DNA from: Thermodesulfobacteriota bacterium
GTDB lineage: Bacteria > Desulfobacterota > WTBG01 > CAIYCZ01 > CAIRTM01
Direction: 5' to 3'
Length of the DNA: 64,000 nt
Assembly: GCA_028278025.1 (NCBI GenBank)
Contig: JANQFE010000094.1
Span: 5,484-69,483, forward strand
Shown here: positions 9,375 to 19,226 of the stretch, one piece after another
Layout: each line of letters begins with the position of its first letter
Numbering within the stretch: position 1 is the first letter of the stretch
Translations under genes and position numbers: made by a program
The notes under the pieces: model-generated
Seen by the model: only the letters and a program-made list of their open reading frames with translations
Told to the model about the DNA's origin: nothing
Databases searched by the model: none

Positions 9375-10205
9375 ATGAACAACACAACCAAACTTGATTC
9401 ACTAAAACATATTCTGGTTGATCTTAAAAGCGTTCTGGTAGCCTTCTCGGGAGGAGTTGACAGCACACTGCTGCTCAAGGTTGCCAGGGACGTGTTAAAG
9501 GACCATGTTGTAGCAGCCACTGCAGTCTCTGCCCTCACCCCGTCTCATGAGAAAGAGACCGTCAGAGAAATTGCCGAGCTTCTATCTGTACGGCATGTTA
9601 TTGTCAGCGTGGATGCGCTTGCACTGCCCGAGGTAGCAGCCAACACACCTGATCGCTGTTACTGGTGTAAAAAGGCCATCTTTAAGGAATTTACTGCCCT
9701 GCAAAAAAAGTATAAGGCAGCCTGCATTATAGACGGCTCAAACTATGATGACACCGGTGATTACAGGCCCGGCATGCGCGCCCTCAAAGAGCTGGGGATA
9801 CGAAGCCCCTTGCGGGAAGCAGGCCTGAGGAAAGATGAAATACGCAAACTTTCTAAAAGTATGGGGTTGCCCACATGGAATCTTCCCTCGCTTGCCTGCC
9901 TTGCCAGCCGTTTTCCTTATGGAACCAGGATAACCGCAGAGGCCCTCAGGCGCGTCGACCAGGCTGAAGCGTTTCTTCGCAGATTCGGGTTTTCTCAGCT
10001 CAGAGTGAGACACCACGGGGATACAGCCCGCATTGAGGTTCCCCGGGAGGATATGCCAAAATTACTTGACCCCAGAACACATAAAGAAATTATCGATTAT
10101 TTCAAATCCTTAGGCTATACTTATATAACACTTGACCTTGCAGGCTATAGAACCGGCAGCATGAATGAAGTCCTGAACACGCAACAGAAGAAAGAATACA
10201 GTTGA
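9375..10205 (+). CDS. LarE-like PP-loop ATP-dependent sulfur transferase (Cys-trio type)
   Basis: PP-loop FSGGVDSTLL. CYWCKK plus a later LACLASRFPYG give a CxxC...C trio. Starts 3 nt after the mnmA stop. Confidence 0.7.
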   Translation: MNNTTKLDSLKHILVDLKSVLVAFSGGVDSTLLLKVARDVLKDHVVAATAVSALTPSHEKETVREIAELLSVRHVIVSVDALALPEVAANTPDRCYWCKKAIFKEFTALQKKYKAACIIDGSNYDDTGDYRPGMRALKELGIRSPLREAGLRKDEIRKLSKSMGLPTWNLPSLACLASRFPYGTRITAEALRRVDQAEAFLRRFGFSQLRVRHHGDTARIEVPREDMPKLLDPRTHKEIIDYFKSLGYTYITLDLAGYRTGSMNEVLNTQQKKEYS

Positions 10206-10228
10206 ATACGGGAGGAATGTAAGCAACA

Positions 10229-11140
10229 ATGAATACCACGACACTTGTAGAAAAAATTGAAATGCTTAAAAAACAGCGCAATGCAGTTATCCTGGCCCAT
10301 AATTATCAAAGGGATGAAGTACAGGAAATTGCCGACTTTACCGGCGACTCCCTGGGCTTAAGCAGAACGGCCAGCAAAACAGATGCTGATGTAATCGTTT
10401 TTTGCGGTGTCCATTTTATGGCTGAGACGGCCTCAATACTTTCTCCTGAAAAAACCATCCTTATGCCTGACCTTGATGCAGGATGCCCTATGGCAAATAT
10501 GATTACTGTAGATGACCTGCGCGGCCTCAAACAAGAGCACCCTGATGCTAAAGTTCTGGCCTATGTGAATTCGTCTGCTGATGTAAAGGCTGAAACGGAT
10601 ATCTGCTGTACTTCCTCAAATGCCCTGAAAGTGGTAGAAAAATTACAGGATGCAAACGAAATAATTTTCATCCCTGACAAATATCTGGCAACCTATGTAA
10701 GTTCACAGACCGGCAGGAAATTTATCTTGTGGAACGGGTACTGCCCCACGCATGTTAAGATTCGCCCTGAAGATATTCAGCGCCAGCGTGAAGCTCACCC
10801 CCATGCTAAAGTTGTCGTACACCCCGAGTGTATCCCCCAGGTAACCGACCTGGCAGACGCAGTTCTTTCCACAACAGGGATCTGCAATTATGCCAAAGAA
10901 TCAGATGCTGATGAAATAATTGTGGGTACCGAAGTCGGAGTGCTGTATCGACTACGCCAAGAAAACCCTGAAAAAATCTTTTACCCGGCTTCGGAACAGG
11001 CCGTTTGTCCCAACATGAAAAAAACCACCCTTGAGAAGGTCCTCTGGTCGCTGGAAAAAATGCAGCATGAAGTCAGAGTCCCGGAAAACATCCGTACTAA
11101 GGCTAAAGGCGCAGTGGACAGGATGGTTGAAATTTTATGA
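10229..11140 (+). CDS. nadA: quinolinate synthase
   Basis: 303 aa with ILAHNYQ, DFTGDSL, FCGVHFMAETA and VVVHPEC motifs characteristic of NadA. Confidence 0.85.
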   Translation: MNTTTLVEKIEMLKKQRNAVILAHNYQRDEVQEIADFTGDSLGLSRTASKTDADVIVFCGVHFMAETASILSPEKTILMPDLDAGCPMANMITVDDLRGLKQEHPDAKVLAYVNSSADVKAETDICCTSSNALKVVEKLQDANEIIFIPDKYLATYVSSQTGRKFILWNGYCPTHVKIRPEDIQRQREAHPHAKVVVHPECIPQVTDLADAVLSTTGICNYAKESDADEIIVGTEVGVLYRLRQENPEKIFYPASEQAVCPNMKKTTLEKVLWSLEKMQHEVRVPENIRTKAKGAVDRMVEIL

Positions 11141-11234
11141 TATGAAGGTTTCAGGAGGCTGTTGCAGTTTGAATAATGCGTAATACTTTTCAAAAAAATT
11201 CGACGTTTCATTTGCTTACCCTGGCATGGATACA

Positions 11235-14200
11235 CTATTGTTTGAGTTTTAACAATTTAAATTCCTCTATCGTACAATACAGAACCGGAACCACAAGTAT
11301 CGTAATAATAGTAAAGAACATTCCACCAAATGAGGGAATAGCCATAGGCACCATTATGTCTGAGCCCCGGCCGCTTGAGGTGAGCACAGGCAGCAGGGCC
11401 AGCATTGTTGTGGCAGTTGTCATCAAACAGGGCCGTACGCGTCGCAAGCCTGCCTCAATGGTTGCTTGACGGATTTTTTCAATTGAATCCGGCTTGTTTC
11501 TGCCAAAGGACTGATTGAGATAAGTTGCCACGACCACCCCGTTATCTGAGGCTATTCCAAACAGAGCCAGGAAGCCCACCCAGACAGCCACGCTTAGATT
11601 GACAGGATGCACCTGAAAAAGATCGCGCATGTTTGTACCAAACAAGGAAAAATCAAGAAACCCTTGCTGCGCATACAGCCAGATCATAATAAATCCTCCT
11701 GCCCATGCCACAATAATTCCCGAAAAAACCAGCAGGGTTGTCAGGGCTGATCTAAACTGGAAATATAATATGAGAAAGATAATGAAAAGTGCCAGGGGCA
11801 GAATAACTGCCAGCCTCTTTTGGGCCCGCACCTGGTTTTCATAGCTGCCTGCAAACGCAAAACTCACCCCTGCCGGCACCACAAGTTCCCCGTCTGTAAT
11901 TTTTTGCTGCAAAAATTCCTGGGCCTGCTCAACAACATCAACCTCGGCATACTCAGTTTTTTTATCAAAAAGCACATACCCTGTAAGAAAAGTATCTTCA
12001 CTTTTTATCACCTGGGGACCACGAATGTAGCGGATTTCTGCAAGCTGGATAAGCGGAATCTGAGCACCGTTTGCAGCAGGAACCAGGATTCTGCCGAGAT
12101 CTTCGATACTGTCGCGCAGCTCCCGCAGGTAGCGAATTCTTACCGGATAACGCTCACGCCCTTCCACGGTCGTGGTAATACGCCTGCCGCCGATTGCCAC
12201 CTCTATTACTTCCTGGACCTGAGCCAGTTTGATACCATAGCGGGCAATCGCTTTGCGGTTGATGTCTATTTCAAGATACGGTTTGCCCACAATGCGGTCG
12301 GCAATCACTGTTGCCGGCTCAACCATAGGCACTTCTTTCAGCAGTTTCTCCAACTGCAAACCGAAACGCTCAATGGTTTCCAGATCAGGTCCTTTGACCT
12401 TAATGCCCATGGGAGCACGCATCCCGCTTTGAAGCATAACAATACGTGCCGAAATGGGCTGCAGTACCGGGGCAGAAGTAGTTCCGGGAATCTCACCTGC
12501 TGTGACTATTTCATCCCAGATATCATCCGGACTTCTGATGCCCCCCCAGTAATCCCGGTCAGGGTTCAGCTCGGGGTCAAGCTGCGGCCGCCACAAACGA
12601 AACGGCATACCACTATCATCCGGAATAAGCCTGCCTTGATCATCGCGTACAAATGTTCCCTCTACCTTATACGGCAAACCATCCGGTGCCGGAAGCGGAG
12701 TGCCTCCTATACTGCGAACATAGTCTTCCTCATCAGGGTCAAAGCGGAAGGTAAGCCGCTGGCCGCTTTGATCGGCAATGTATTCGGGATAATAGTTTAT
12801 AACAGTCTCAATCATGGAAATCGGAGCAGGGTCAAGGGGTGTTTCAGCACGGCCCAGCTTACCCACTACAGAGCTCACCTCTGGAATATCCTTAAAAGCC
12901 ATATCCTGCTTCTGTAGCACATCCAGGGCTTCCCCAATGGAAGCATGCGGCATAGTTGTAGGCATATAGAGGTATGAGCCCTCGTCCAGCGGCGGCATAA
13001 ATTCCTTGCCCAGACCGGGAAATGTGTGCGCAACAGCAGATACAGGCGCAAACCTTTTGACCGGACCCGGCAGCCAGCCGAAAAATGAGTCAAACCCGAG
13101 CCATATCATACTGCCCAGAAAAGTAACAACTAAAGGTATAGAGATAAACGCGCTTTTGTGTGCCAGGCACCAACGTAAAATCGGTCCGTACCAGCGCTGA
13201 AAGATGTAGAAGGAGCCCAGGATACTGCCGATGAACAGCGTCACAAAAATGAAATTTCTCGTCAGACCTTTTTCAGGGCCCAGCGGCAGCCAGTGGTCAG
13301 ACAAAACCAGCCCCACAAAAAAGACTGCAGCAGCAGTACCTATCCACGGCAGCACACTTGCAATACGCTCCGGCATAAACTGCCTGATTAGATTGTAAAT
13401 ACCGATTCCGGTAATAAGCATACCGGCCCACCAGCTAAAAAAGAATATACAAACGATGCCAAGGCCGACTAAACACCAGAAAAAGAGCCTCCGGATTTTC
13501 GGCCCGTTAACGTGTCCCGAAAAAAGGATATGAGCGCAGGCCGGAAGAATGGTAAGGGCTACAATGACCGATGCAACCAGGGCAAAAGTCTTGGTGAAGG
13601 CCAGGGGTTTGAAAAGCTTGCCTTCGGCGGCCTCCATGGTAAAAACCGGCAGAAAACTGATCACGGTTGTTGCAACAGCAGTCACAACCGCACTGCCCAC
13701 TTCCCGTGATGCCCGATAGATTACTTCAAGACGATCTTCAGCAGGATCTGCCCGGTCAAGATGCTTCAGGATATTCTCACAAATGATGATCCCCATATCA
13801 ACAATTGTCCCGATGGCAATGGCGATTCCTGACAGGGCCACAATATTTGCATCAACTCCAAACACCTTCATGGCAATAAAGCACATCAGCACTGCCAGGG
13901 GCAACACTGCCGAAATAAGCACAGAGCTCCACAGATGCATCACCATAACAAGAATAACGATTATGGTTACCAGGATTTCCTCGGTGAGGGCCGTGTTAAG
14001 TGTTCCCAGGGTTTCATATATCAGGCCCGTGCGATCATAAAAGGGAACGATAGTAACCCGGCTGACAGTTCCATCGGGAAGGGTTTTCTTTGGCAAACCC
14101 GCAGAGATTTCTTCTATTTTATTCTTAATATTATTAATGGCAGCAAGGGGATTGTCACCATAGCGTACAACCACCACACCGCCGACAGCTTCGGCACCAT

Positions 14201-15128
14201 CCTTATCAAGCACACCACGCCGCAGGGCCGGTCCCAGGGTTACGTGACCGATATCTTTTACATACAACGGCACATTATCATTAACCTTGACAACGCTGTC
14301 CTCAATATCACTGAGCTGTTTAACAAAACCCAGTCCGCGTACAACATATTCAACCTTGTTGACCTCTATGGTACGTGCCCCTACATCAAGATTGGACCCC
14401 TTAACGGCCGCAATCACCTCATCAAGCCGCACATTATGAGCACGCATAGCGGCAGGATCAACATCAATCTGATATTCCTGGACAAAGCCGCCGATCGAGG
14501 CTACTTCACTTATTCCTTCGGCTGCAAGCAGACCGTAGCGCACATACCAGTCCTGGATTGATCGCAACTCATGCAGGTCCCAGCCCCCGGTCGGGCTGCC
14601 CTGATCGTCTTGCCCTTCCAGCGTATACCAGAACACCTGTCCCAGTGCGGTTGCATCAGGGCCAAGGGCGGGCTGCACACCGCCCGGCAGCAGGCCGGTC
14701 GGTAGACTGTTCAGCTTTTCAAGCACCCTGGTACGCGACCAGTAAAACTCAATCTCATCTTTGAAAATGATATATATGGTTGAAAAGCCGAACATGGAGA
14801 AACTGCGCACGGTCTTAATTCCCGGAATACCAAGCAGCGAGACCGTCAGAGGATACGAAATTTGATCCTCAATATCCTGGGGAGATCGCCCCGGCCATTC
14901 AGTAAATACAATTTGCTGGTTCTCGCCGATATCAGGTATGGCGTCAACCGGCACCGGACTGCGCGGGAAAAATCCCAGGTCCCAGTCAAAGGGTGCTACC
15001 ATCATCCCCCATCCAACTACCAGTATGACGAACAAAAACACAACTATCTTCATCTCCAGGCAGAACCTGATAAGCCGGTCAAGTATAGAAGGGTTTGTCC
15101 CGGTCCGATTGTTCTGGGCTTCACTCAT
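11235..15128 (-). CDS. cusA: CusA/CzcA-family heavy-metal efflux RND pump (long form, ~1297 aa)
   Basis: ORF 11235-15290. ATG at 15128 forms an ATGAGTGA overlap with the upstream adaptor gene's stop. IDRLIRFCLE..., VDAIPDIGENQ and MTTATT...LPV are typical HME-RND motifs. Confidence 0.9.
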   Translation of the reverse strand: MSEAQNNRTGTNPSILDRLIRFCLEMKIVVFLFVILVVGWGMMVAPFDWDLGFFPRSPVPVDAIPDIGENQQIVFTEWPGRSPQDIEDQISYPLTVSLLGIPGIKTVRSFSMFGFSTIYIIFKDEIEFYWSRTRVLEKLNSLPTGLLPGGVQPALGPDATALGQVFWYTLEGQDDQGSPTGGWDLHELRSIQDWYVRYGLLAAEGISEVASIGGFVQEYQIDVDPAAMRAHNVRLDEVIAAVKGSNLDVGARTIEVNKVEYVVRGLGFVKQLSDIEDSVVKVNDNVPLYVKDIGHVTLGPALRRGVLDKDGAEAVGGVVVVRYGDNPLAAINNIKNKIEEISAGLPKKTLPDGTVSRVTIVPFYDRTGLIYETLGTLNTALTEEILVTIIVILVMVMHLWSSVLISAVLPLAVLMCFIAMKVFGVDANIVALSGIAIAIGTIVDMGIIICENILKHLDRADPAEDRLEVIYRASREVGSAVVTAVATTVISFLPVFTMEAAEGKLFKPLAFTKTFALVASVIVALTILPACAHILFSGHVNGPKIRRLFFWCLVGLGIVCIFFFSWWAGMLITGIGIYNLIRQFMPERIASVLPWIGTAAAVFFVGLVLSDHWLPLGPEKGLTRNFIFVTLFIGSILGSFYIFQRWYGPILRWCLAHKSAFISIPLVVTFLGSMIWLGFDSFFGWLPGPVKRFAPVSAVAHTFPGLGKEFMPPLDEGSYLYMPTTMPHASIGEALDVLQKQDMAFKDIPEVSSVVGKLGRAETPLDPAPISMIETVINYYPEYIADQSGQRLTFRFDPDEEDYVRSIGGTPLPAPDGLPYKVEGTFVRDDQGRLIPDDSGMPFRLWRPQLDPELNPDRDYWGGIRSPDDIWDEIVTAGEIPGTTSAPVLQPISARIVMLQSGMRAPMGIKVKGPDLETIERFGLQLEKLLKEVPMVEPATVIADRIVGKPYLEIDINRKAIARYGIKLAQVQEVIEVAIGGRRITTTVEGRERYPVRIRYLRELRDSIEDLGRILVPAANGAQIPLIQLAEIRYIRGPQVIKSEDTFLTGYVLFDKKTEYAEVDVVEQAQEFLQQKITDGELVVPAGVSFAFAGSYENQVRAQKRLAVILPLALFIIFLILYFQFRSALTTLLVFSGIIVAWAGGFIMIWLYAQQGFLDFSLFGTNMRDLFQVHPVNLSVAVWVGFLALFGIASDNGVVVATYLNQSFGRNKPDSIEKIRQATIEAGLRRVRPCLMTTATTMLALLPVLTSSGRGSDIMVPMAIPSFGGMFFTIITILVVPVLYCTIEEFKLLKLKQ

Positions 15129-17091
15129 GGACAGGCCCTCCCGGCATACCTGCAGACAGCACCTCTTCCTGTGTTCCACACCGGAACATAGCACTCCCAA
15201 AGTAGGGATTTTCTGTTTCCTGTGACTGCTGCAGCCAGTAGGCACCTTTGTTATTAAATGCCATGGGACAATAAAAACGATAAACCGCAACCTTGCCGCT
15301 TACGCCAAACGTTTTTGTAACGGTATACATTTTGTCTGACAGTATTTCAAAATGGGTGCGGGCCTCAGCCAGAGCCTTTGCCCTGGCAATTGCCTGGGCA
15401 TATGTGTGCAGTGTTTTTTGGTCATTCATCCAGGTCATGTGCGCTTTACCGTTTAGAAGCGTCATTTCAACTTTGGTAAGACGTTTAACAAAAGTTTGTG
15501 CCCCGTCACGTGCTTCTTTAAAACTATCCTGACTCAAGGCATTGTGAACCGTGAAGTAAGCCGCCACAAGCGCATCAATCTGCTTTTTGAATATAATGCT
15601 CGTATCAAATACTTCAGGATTATTGCCGACTGCCTGTTTATCGACACCACCCTGATGCTGCTGCCCCGGCGCAGGGCCGCCGCCTTCAGGATTCATCATG
15701 CTGGGTTTTGCCAGGATCTGAACAGCACTGTCAATTTTGAAATTGCCGTTGACGACAACCTGTTCACCTTCCTTGAGACCATCCTTTACCAGGTAATAAT
15801 CTCCTGCTCGTGGACCAAGCGTGACCTCACGCCCTTCAAAAACACCCTGCTTGCCAGCAGCGGCAACATAGACCACAGCCCGCTTACCGGTAATAAGCGG
15901 AGCCGTTGCCGGAATTACAAGCGGGGCCTCTTCCCGGGTTTTATCAGCGGCAACATACCCCAGTGATTCGGTCGTAACCAGCGGCATGCCGCAGATATCA
16001 CAAATATCTTTCGATTCCTTCACAATTTCAGGATGCATAGGACAAATCCATTTGTCGCTCAGCGAAGGATCCATAACCTTACCGCCGGATGCGACCTGAG
16101 GATAGACTCGGGCGCTCACGAACATTTCAGGCTTAAGCTTTCCCTCGGGATTAGGCACATTAACGCGCACCTTGACGGTGCGGGTTTGTGAGTTAAGAAT
16201 TGGGTCAATAAATGTTATCTGACCGTTGAACACTTCACCGGGGTATGCCTTGGTTTCAAATTCAACCTTCTGACCATAGCGGATCCACACCAGATCAGAT
16301 TCATAAGCATCAAGCTTAACCCAGACATGCGAAAGATCGGCAACCGTATATATCCGTGTTCCCGTATCAACATACATCCCTTCAAAGCCGCTTTTTTGAA
16401 TAACAATGCCGCTCATGGGAGAATAAATTGTGGTGTGATCAGAAACTTTTTTGCTTCTCTCGATTTGCTTGATCTGATTTTCCGTTAGCCCCCATAAACG
16501 CAGTTTTTCTCTGGTTGCCTCAACATTTTTTTGTGTGCTCTTCAGAAGCCGCGAAGACTGGTTTTGCATCCTTTTCAGTCCGAGAAGCAGCTCCTGCTGC
16601 GTGGTAACCAGTTCCGGGCTGTAAAGAGAAACCAGATGATCACCTTTACTGACATGTGTTCCGGTATAGTCCACAAAGAGCCGGTCAATACGCCCCGGCA
16701 CCCATGCGGTAATATAAGACAGGCGAGTCTCGTCATACTCAATTTTACCGTCCATTCTAATCTCTGCGGTTACAAACTTTCGTTCAACCGGGGCGGTCTG
16801 AATATCTGCCAGCTTCATCGCCCGCTCAGATAATCTGTGCTCGCGCAGCCCCAGAGCCTCGTTACTATCTCCGCCTGAGACCGGAATCAGATCCATTGCA
16901 CAAATCGGGCATTGCCCGGGGCCGGGCTGCCGTATCTGAGGATGCATAGAACACGTCCAGAATTCAATTTGATTCTCCTGTTGGACAGCATGCTCATGCA
17001 CCCCTGGCTTGTCACCGCCGCCCCGTATGATGAAACCCAGAATAAAAGCAACGATTATGAATCCCGGAACCAGAAATTTCGATTTTTTCAT
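15121..17091 (-). CDS. cusB: RND periplasmic adaptor (CusB-like) with two CxxC heavy-metal-binding inserts
   Basis: MKKSKF signal/anchor start at 17091. WTCSMHPQIRQPGPGQCPICAMDL and WICPMHPEIVKESKDICDICGMPL. Barrel-sandwich hybrid core (TIYSPMSGIV, VVVNGNFKIDS). Confidence 0.8.
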   Translation of the reverse strand: MKKSKFLVPGFIIVAFILGFIIRGGGDKPGVHEHAVQQENQIEFWTCSMHPQIRQPGPGQCPICAMDLIPVSGGDSNEALGLREHRLSERAMKLADIQTAPVERKFVTAEIRMDGKIEYDETRLSYITAWVPGRIDRLFVDYTGTHVSKGDHLVSLYSPELVTTQQELLLGLKRMQNQSSRLLKSTQKNVEATREKLRLWGLTENQIKQIERSKKVSDHTTIYSPMSGIVIQKSGFEGMYVDTGTRIYTVADLSHVWVKLDAYESDLVWIRYGQKVEFETKAYPGEVFNGQITFIDPILNSQTRTVKVRVNVPNPEGKLKPEMFVSARVYPQVASGGKVMDPSLSDKWICPMHPEIVKESKDICDICGMPLVTTESLGYVAADKTREEAPLVIPATAPLITGKRAVVYVAAAGKQGVFEGREVTLGPRAGDYYLVKDGLKEGEQVVVNGNFKIDSAVQILAKPSMMNPEGGGPAPGQQHQGGVDKQAVGNNPEVFDTSIIFKKQIDALVAAYFTVHNALSQDSFKEARDGAQTFVKRLTKVEMTLLNGKAHMTWMNDQKTLHTYAQAIARAKALAEARTHFEILSDKMYTVTKTFGVSGKVAVYRFYCPMAFNNKGAYWLQQSQETENPYFGSAMFRCGTQEEVLSAGMPGGPVHE

Positions 17092-17168
17092 AAAAAACCT
17101 CACATTGTTTACAGAAACAATCATTTGTGAAGCAGAACACTCTCATAGTGCACAGAATTCTTCACCCC

Positions 17169-17441
17169 TTACTTCTTTTCTGCGACCGGCGGTGCTTTTG
17201 GGATATCAACTCCTTCAGCTTTCATCGTTTTGATGTACTTCTCCGGATTTTTCTCAAAAGTGGCTATGCAGCCCGGGCAGCAGAAATAAATCCGTTCGCC
17301 GTTATAATCACTAAAGACTTCCTTATTAATTGTACCGCCCATAACCGGACAGACTGTTTGCTCTTTTGCATAAACCATCTCTGCACCGAGCAGTGTAACT
17401 GAAAAAAAAATAAACATGATCAGAGTTGCTGTTTTTTTCAT
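17169..17441 (-). CDS. secreted YHS/TRASH-type metal-binding protein
   Basis: Signal peptide, then CPVMGGTINKEVFSDYNGERIYFCCPGCIATFEKNPEKY, which matches the YHS pattern. Confidence 0.8.
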   Translation of the reverse strand: MKKTATLIMFIFFSVTLLGAEMVYAKEQTVCPVMGGTINKEVFSDYNGERIYFCCPGCIATFEKNPEKYIKTMKAEGVDIPKAPPVAEKK

Positions 17442-17554
17442 GATAATTCTCCTAGCTTTTTTTATGGTTTTTAGTTTTTATTCATCAGCTATTATTTACT
17501 CTTTCTACACTTTGCTATCATCTTAAACCGTAATCCAAATTCCAAAATCTGCAA

Positions 17555-18901
17555 TTAGAACAGACTTTTCCCCATGACTACTTCCAGAGCAGCCAGGTCT
17601 TTCTCATAATCGGTCATTACCTTGCGATATTGGATCTCATAATTAAAAAGCGTAATTTGGCTGTCAAGCAGTGTCAGAAAATCAATTTTACCGACCCTGT
17701 AAGCTTCAATAGCAGCATCAAGGCTCTGGCCGGCCTGGGGAATGATGCTGTCTTTATACAGTGCGATGAGATCCTTACCCCGGATAATCCTGGCATACAG
17801 ATCACTGGTTTTAAAAAAAATATCATTCCTGACGCTTTCATAGCGTGAGCGTGATTGTGCAATTCGATGGTAGGCCTCAGCAACACCCCGGTTTTGCTTA
17901 CTCTTAAACCACAGGGGAACATTGACCCCCACTAAAAGTGTGAACAAACTCGGTCTCTCGGTGTCAAAATCCAGAGGGCGCGTTGTAACCTCATTCACAT
18001 TGCCCTGAGCATCAGTAATCCGTGATTTGCTTGAAGTTGCATGCGGTCGTTTGTCACGCTGCCCATAGGCGGCTGTAACAGTAAACTTGGGGAAATACAT
18101 CTTTTTCGCCAGAGCATGCTCTGCTTCGGTTTTTTTTATGTCGTGCTGCAGGGCCTGCAGCAGTGCATTTTCAGCCAGGACAATTTCTTCAAGCTCATGT
18201 TTTTCAAACGCAAACTGCGTAACCTGTAAGGCCGGGCTGCCTTCCAAAGCAGCCGACGGCGCACGGTTTAGAAGAGTGTTCAGCTCTGCTTGCAGGGTCT
18301 CCTTTTGCTGTCTGAGGTCTATCAGTTTTTCCTGCATTTTATACAGCTCAACCTGGGCCTTGAGAATATCTTCCTGGAGGCCTTCACCAACTTCATACTT
18401 TGCCTGGCTTATTTCCACAAATTCATTAAGCAGCTTCTCATTAGCCTCAGTTATCTTAAGTGCCTCGTTAACAAAAAAAATCTGGTAGTAAGCTTTTTTA
18501 ACACTGCTGACAATGTTTAACCTAATATCCTCCAATTCGCTTTCTGCGCCCTTGGCAGTTTCAATGGCCGCCTTTTCCCGAAGTGATGTTACGCCGAAAA
18601 AGGGAATATTCTGCTTAATGGCGACATACTTCTGGGTCATATCCTGGGTGTCAAAATCAAAATCATCGGTAGGCACATTGCTCACTCCGAAAGTTAACAG
18701 GGGATCATCCCAGGCTTTAACCTGGGCAGGGCGCTCCCATAGGGCATCCTTTCTTTTCTGGAAGACCATTATTTCAGGATTGTTTGCCAGGGCTTCCTCA
18801 ATGAGAACATTCAGGTTTAAAATATTTTCCGCACAACACTGGCTGTATATAACAAGCAAAGGTATAGTGCAAAACGTAACAAATAAACTAATTTTCTTCA
18901 T
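17555..18901 (-). CDS. TolC-family outer-membrane efflux protein (CusC-like)
   Basis: 448 aa with a signal peptide and two coiled-coil repeats with conserved turn regions. Lies upstream of the YHS-cusB-cusA genes on the same strand. Confidence 0.8.
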   Translation of the reverse strand: MKKISLFVTFCTIPLLVIYSQCCAENILNLNVLIEEALANNPEIMVFQKRKDALWERPAQVKAWDDPLLTFGVSNVPTDDFDFDTQDMTQKYVAIKQNIPFFGVTSLREKAAIETAKGAESELEDIRLNIVSSVKKAYYQIFFVNEALKITEANEKLLNEFVEISQAKYEVGEGLQEDILKAQVELYKMQEKLIDLRQQKETLQAELNTLLNRAPSAALEGSPALQVTQFAFEKHELEEIVLAENALLQALQHDIKKTEAEHALAKKMYFPKFTVTAAYGQRDKRPHATSSKSRITDAQGNVNEVTTRPLDFDTERPSLFTLLVGVNVPLWFKSKQNRGVAEAYHRIAQSRSRYESVRNDIFFKTSDLYARIIRGKDLIALYKDSIIPQAGQSLDAAIEAYRVGKIDFLTLLDSQITLFNYEIQYRKVMTDYEKDLAALEVVMGKSLF

Positions 18902-19226
18902 TGCCCCTTATCCCCCATAAATGGTGTTTACTCTTTTTAGGCTCCCTTCATGAAACGTATTACGCAGTTTTTGCTTTTTCATCATTTTTCTGGTCAGGTA
19001 ATCCCGGTTACCACCATGAAAATCAATCTCGTGTCGAGCACAATATGAGAAATACCTCCAGCAGTAGCTGATTGTAATAGGATATTAAATAGTTATTTTT
19101 TTAATATTCTATTTTCAATCAGCCTACAAGATAAAAAATATTTTAAAGGCTGCTATGGGTTAATAAAACTAATCTTGGATTAGTCTGTTCAACTTTTTAC
19201 AGACATGCGGGTGGTGTTTTTGTGTT

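Noticed and set aside
11820-12917. A 365-aa + strand ORF, plus several others (12875-13093, 13935-14561 and more), lying inside the cusA region.
   Set aside because: They lie antisense to a full-length, motif-rich RND pump gene. Their translations are low-complexity and carry no recognisable motifs or RBS. They are typical shadow ORFs.
15129-15290. A 54-codon N-terminal extension of the cusA ORF (MRFIVFIVPWHLITK...).
   Set aside because: It overlaps the 3' end of cusB in another frame. The ATG at 15128 gives the canonical ATGAGTGA stop/start overlap and a normal CusA N-terminus.
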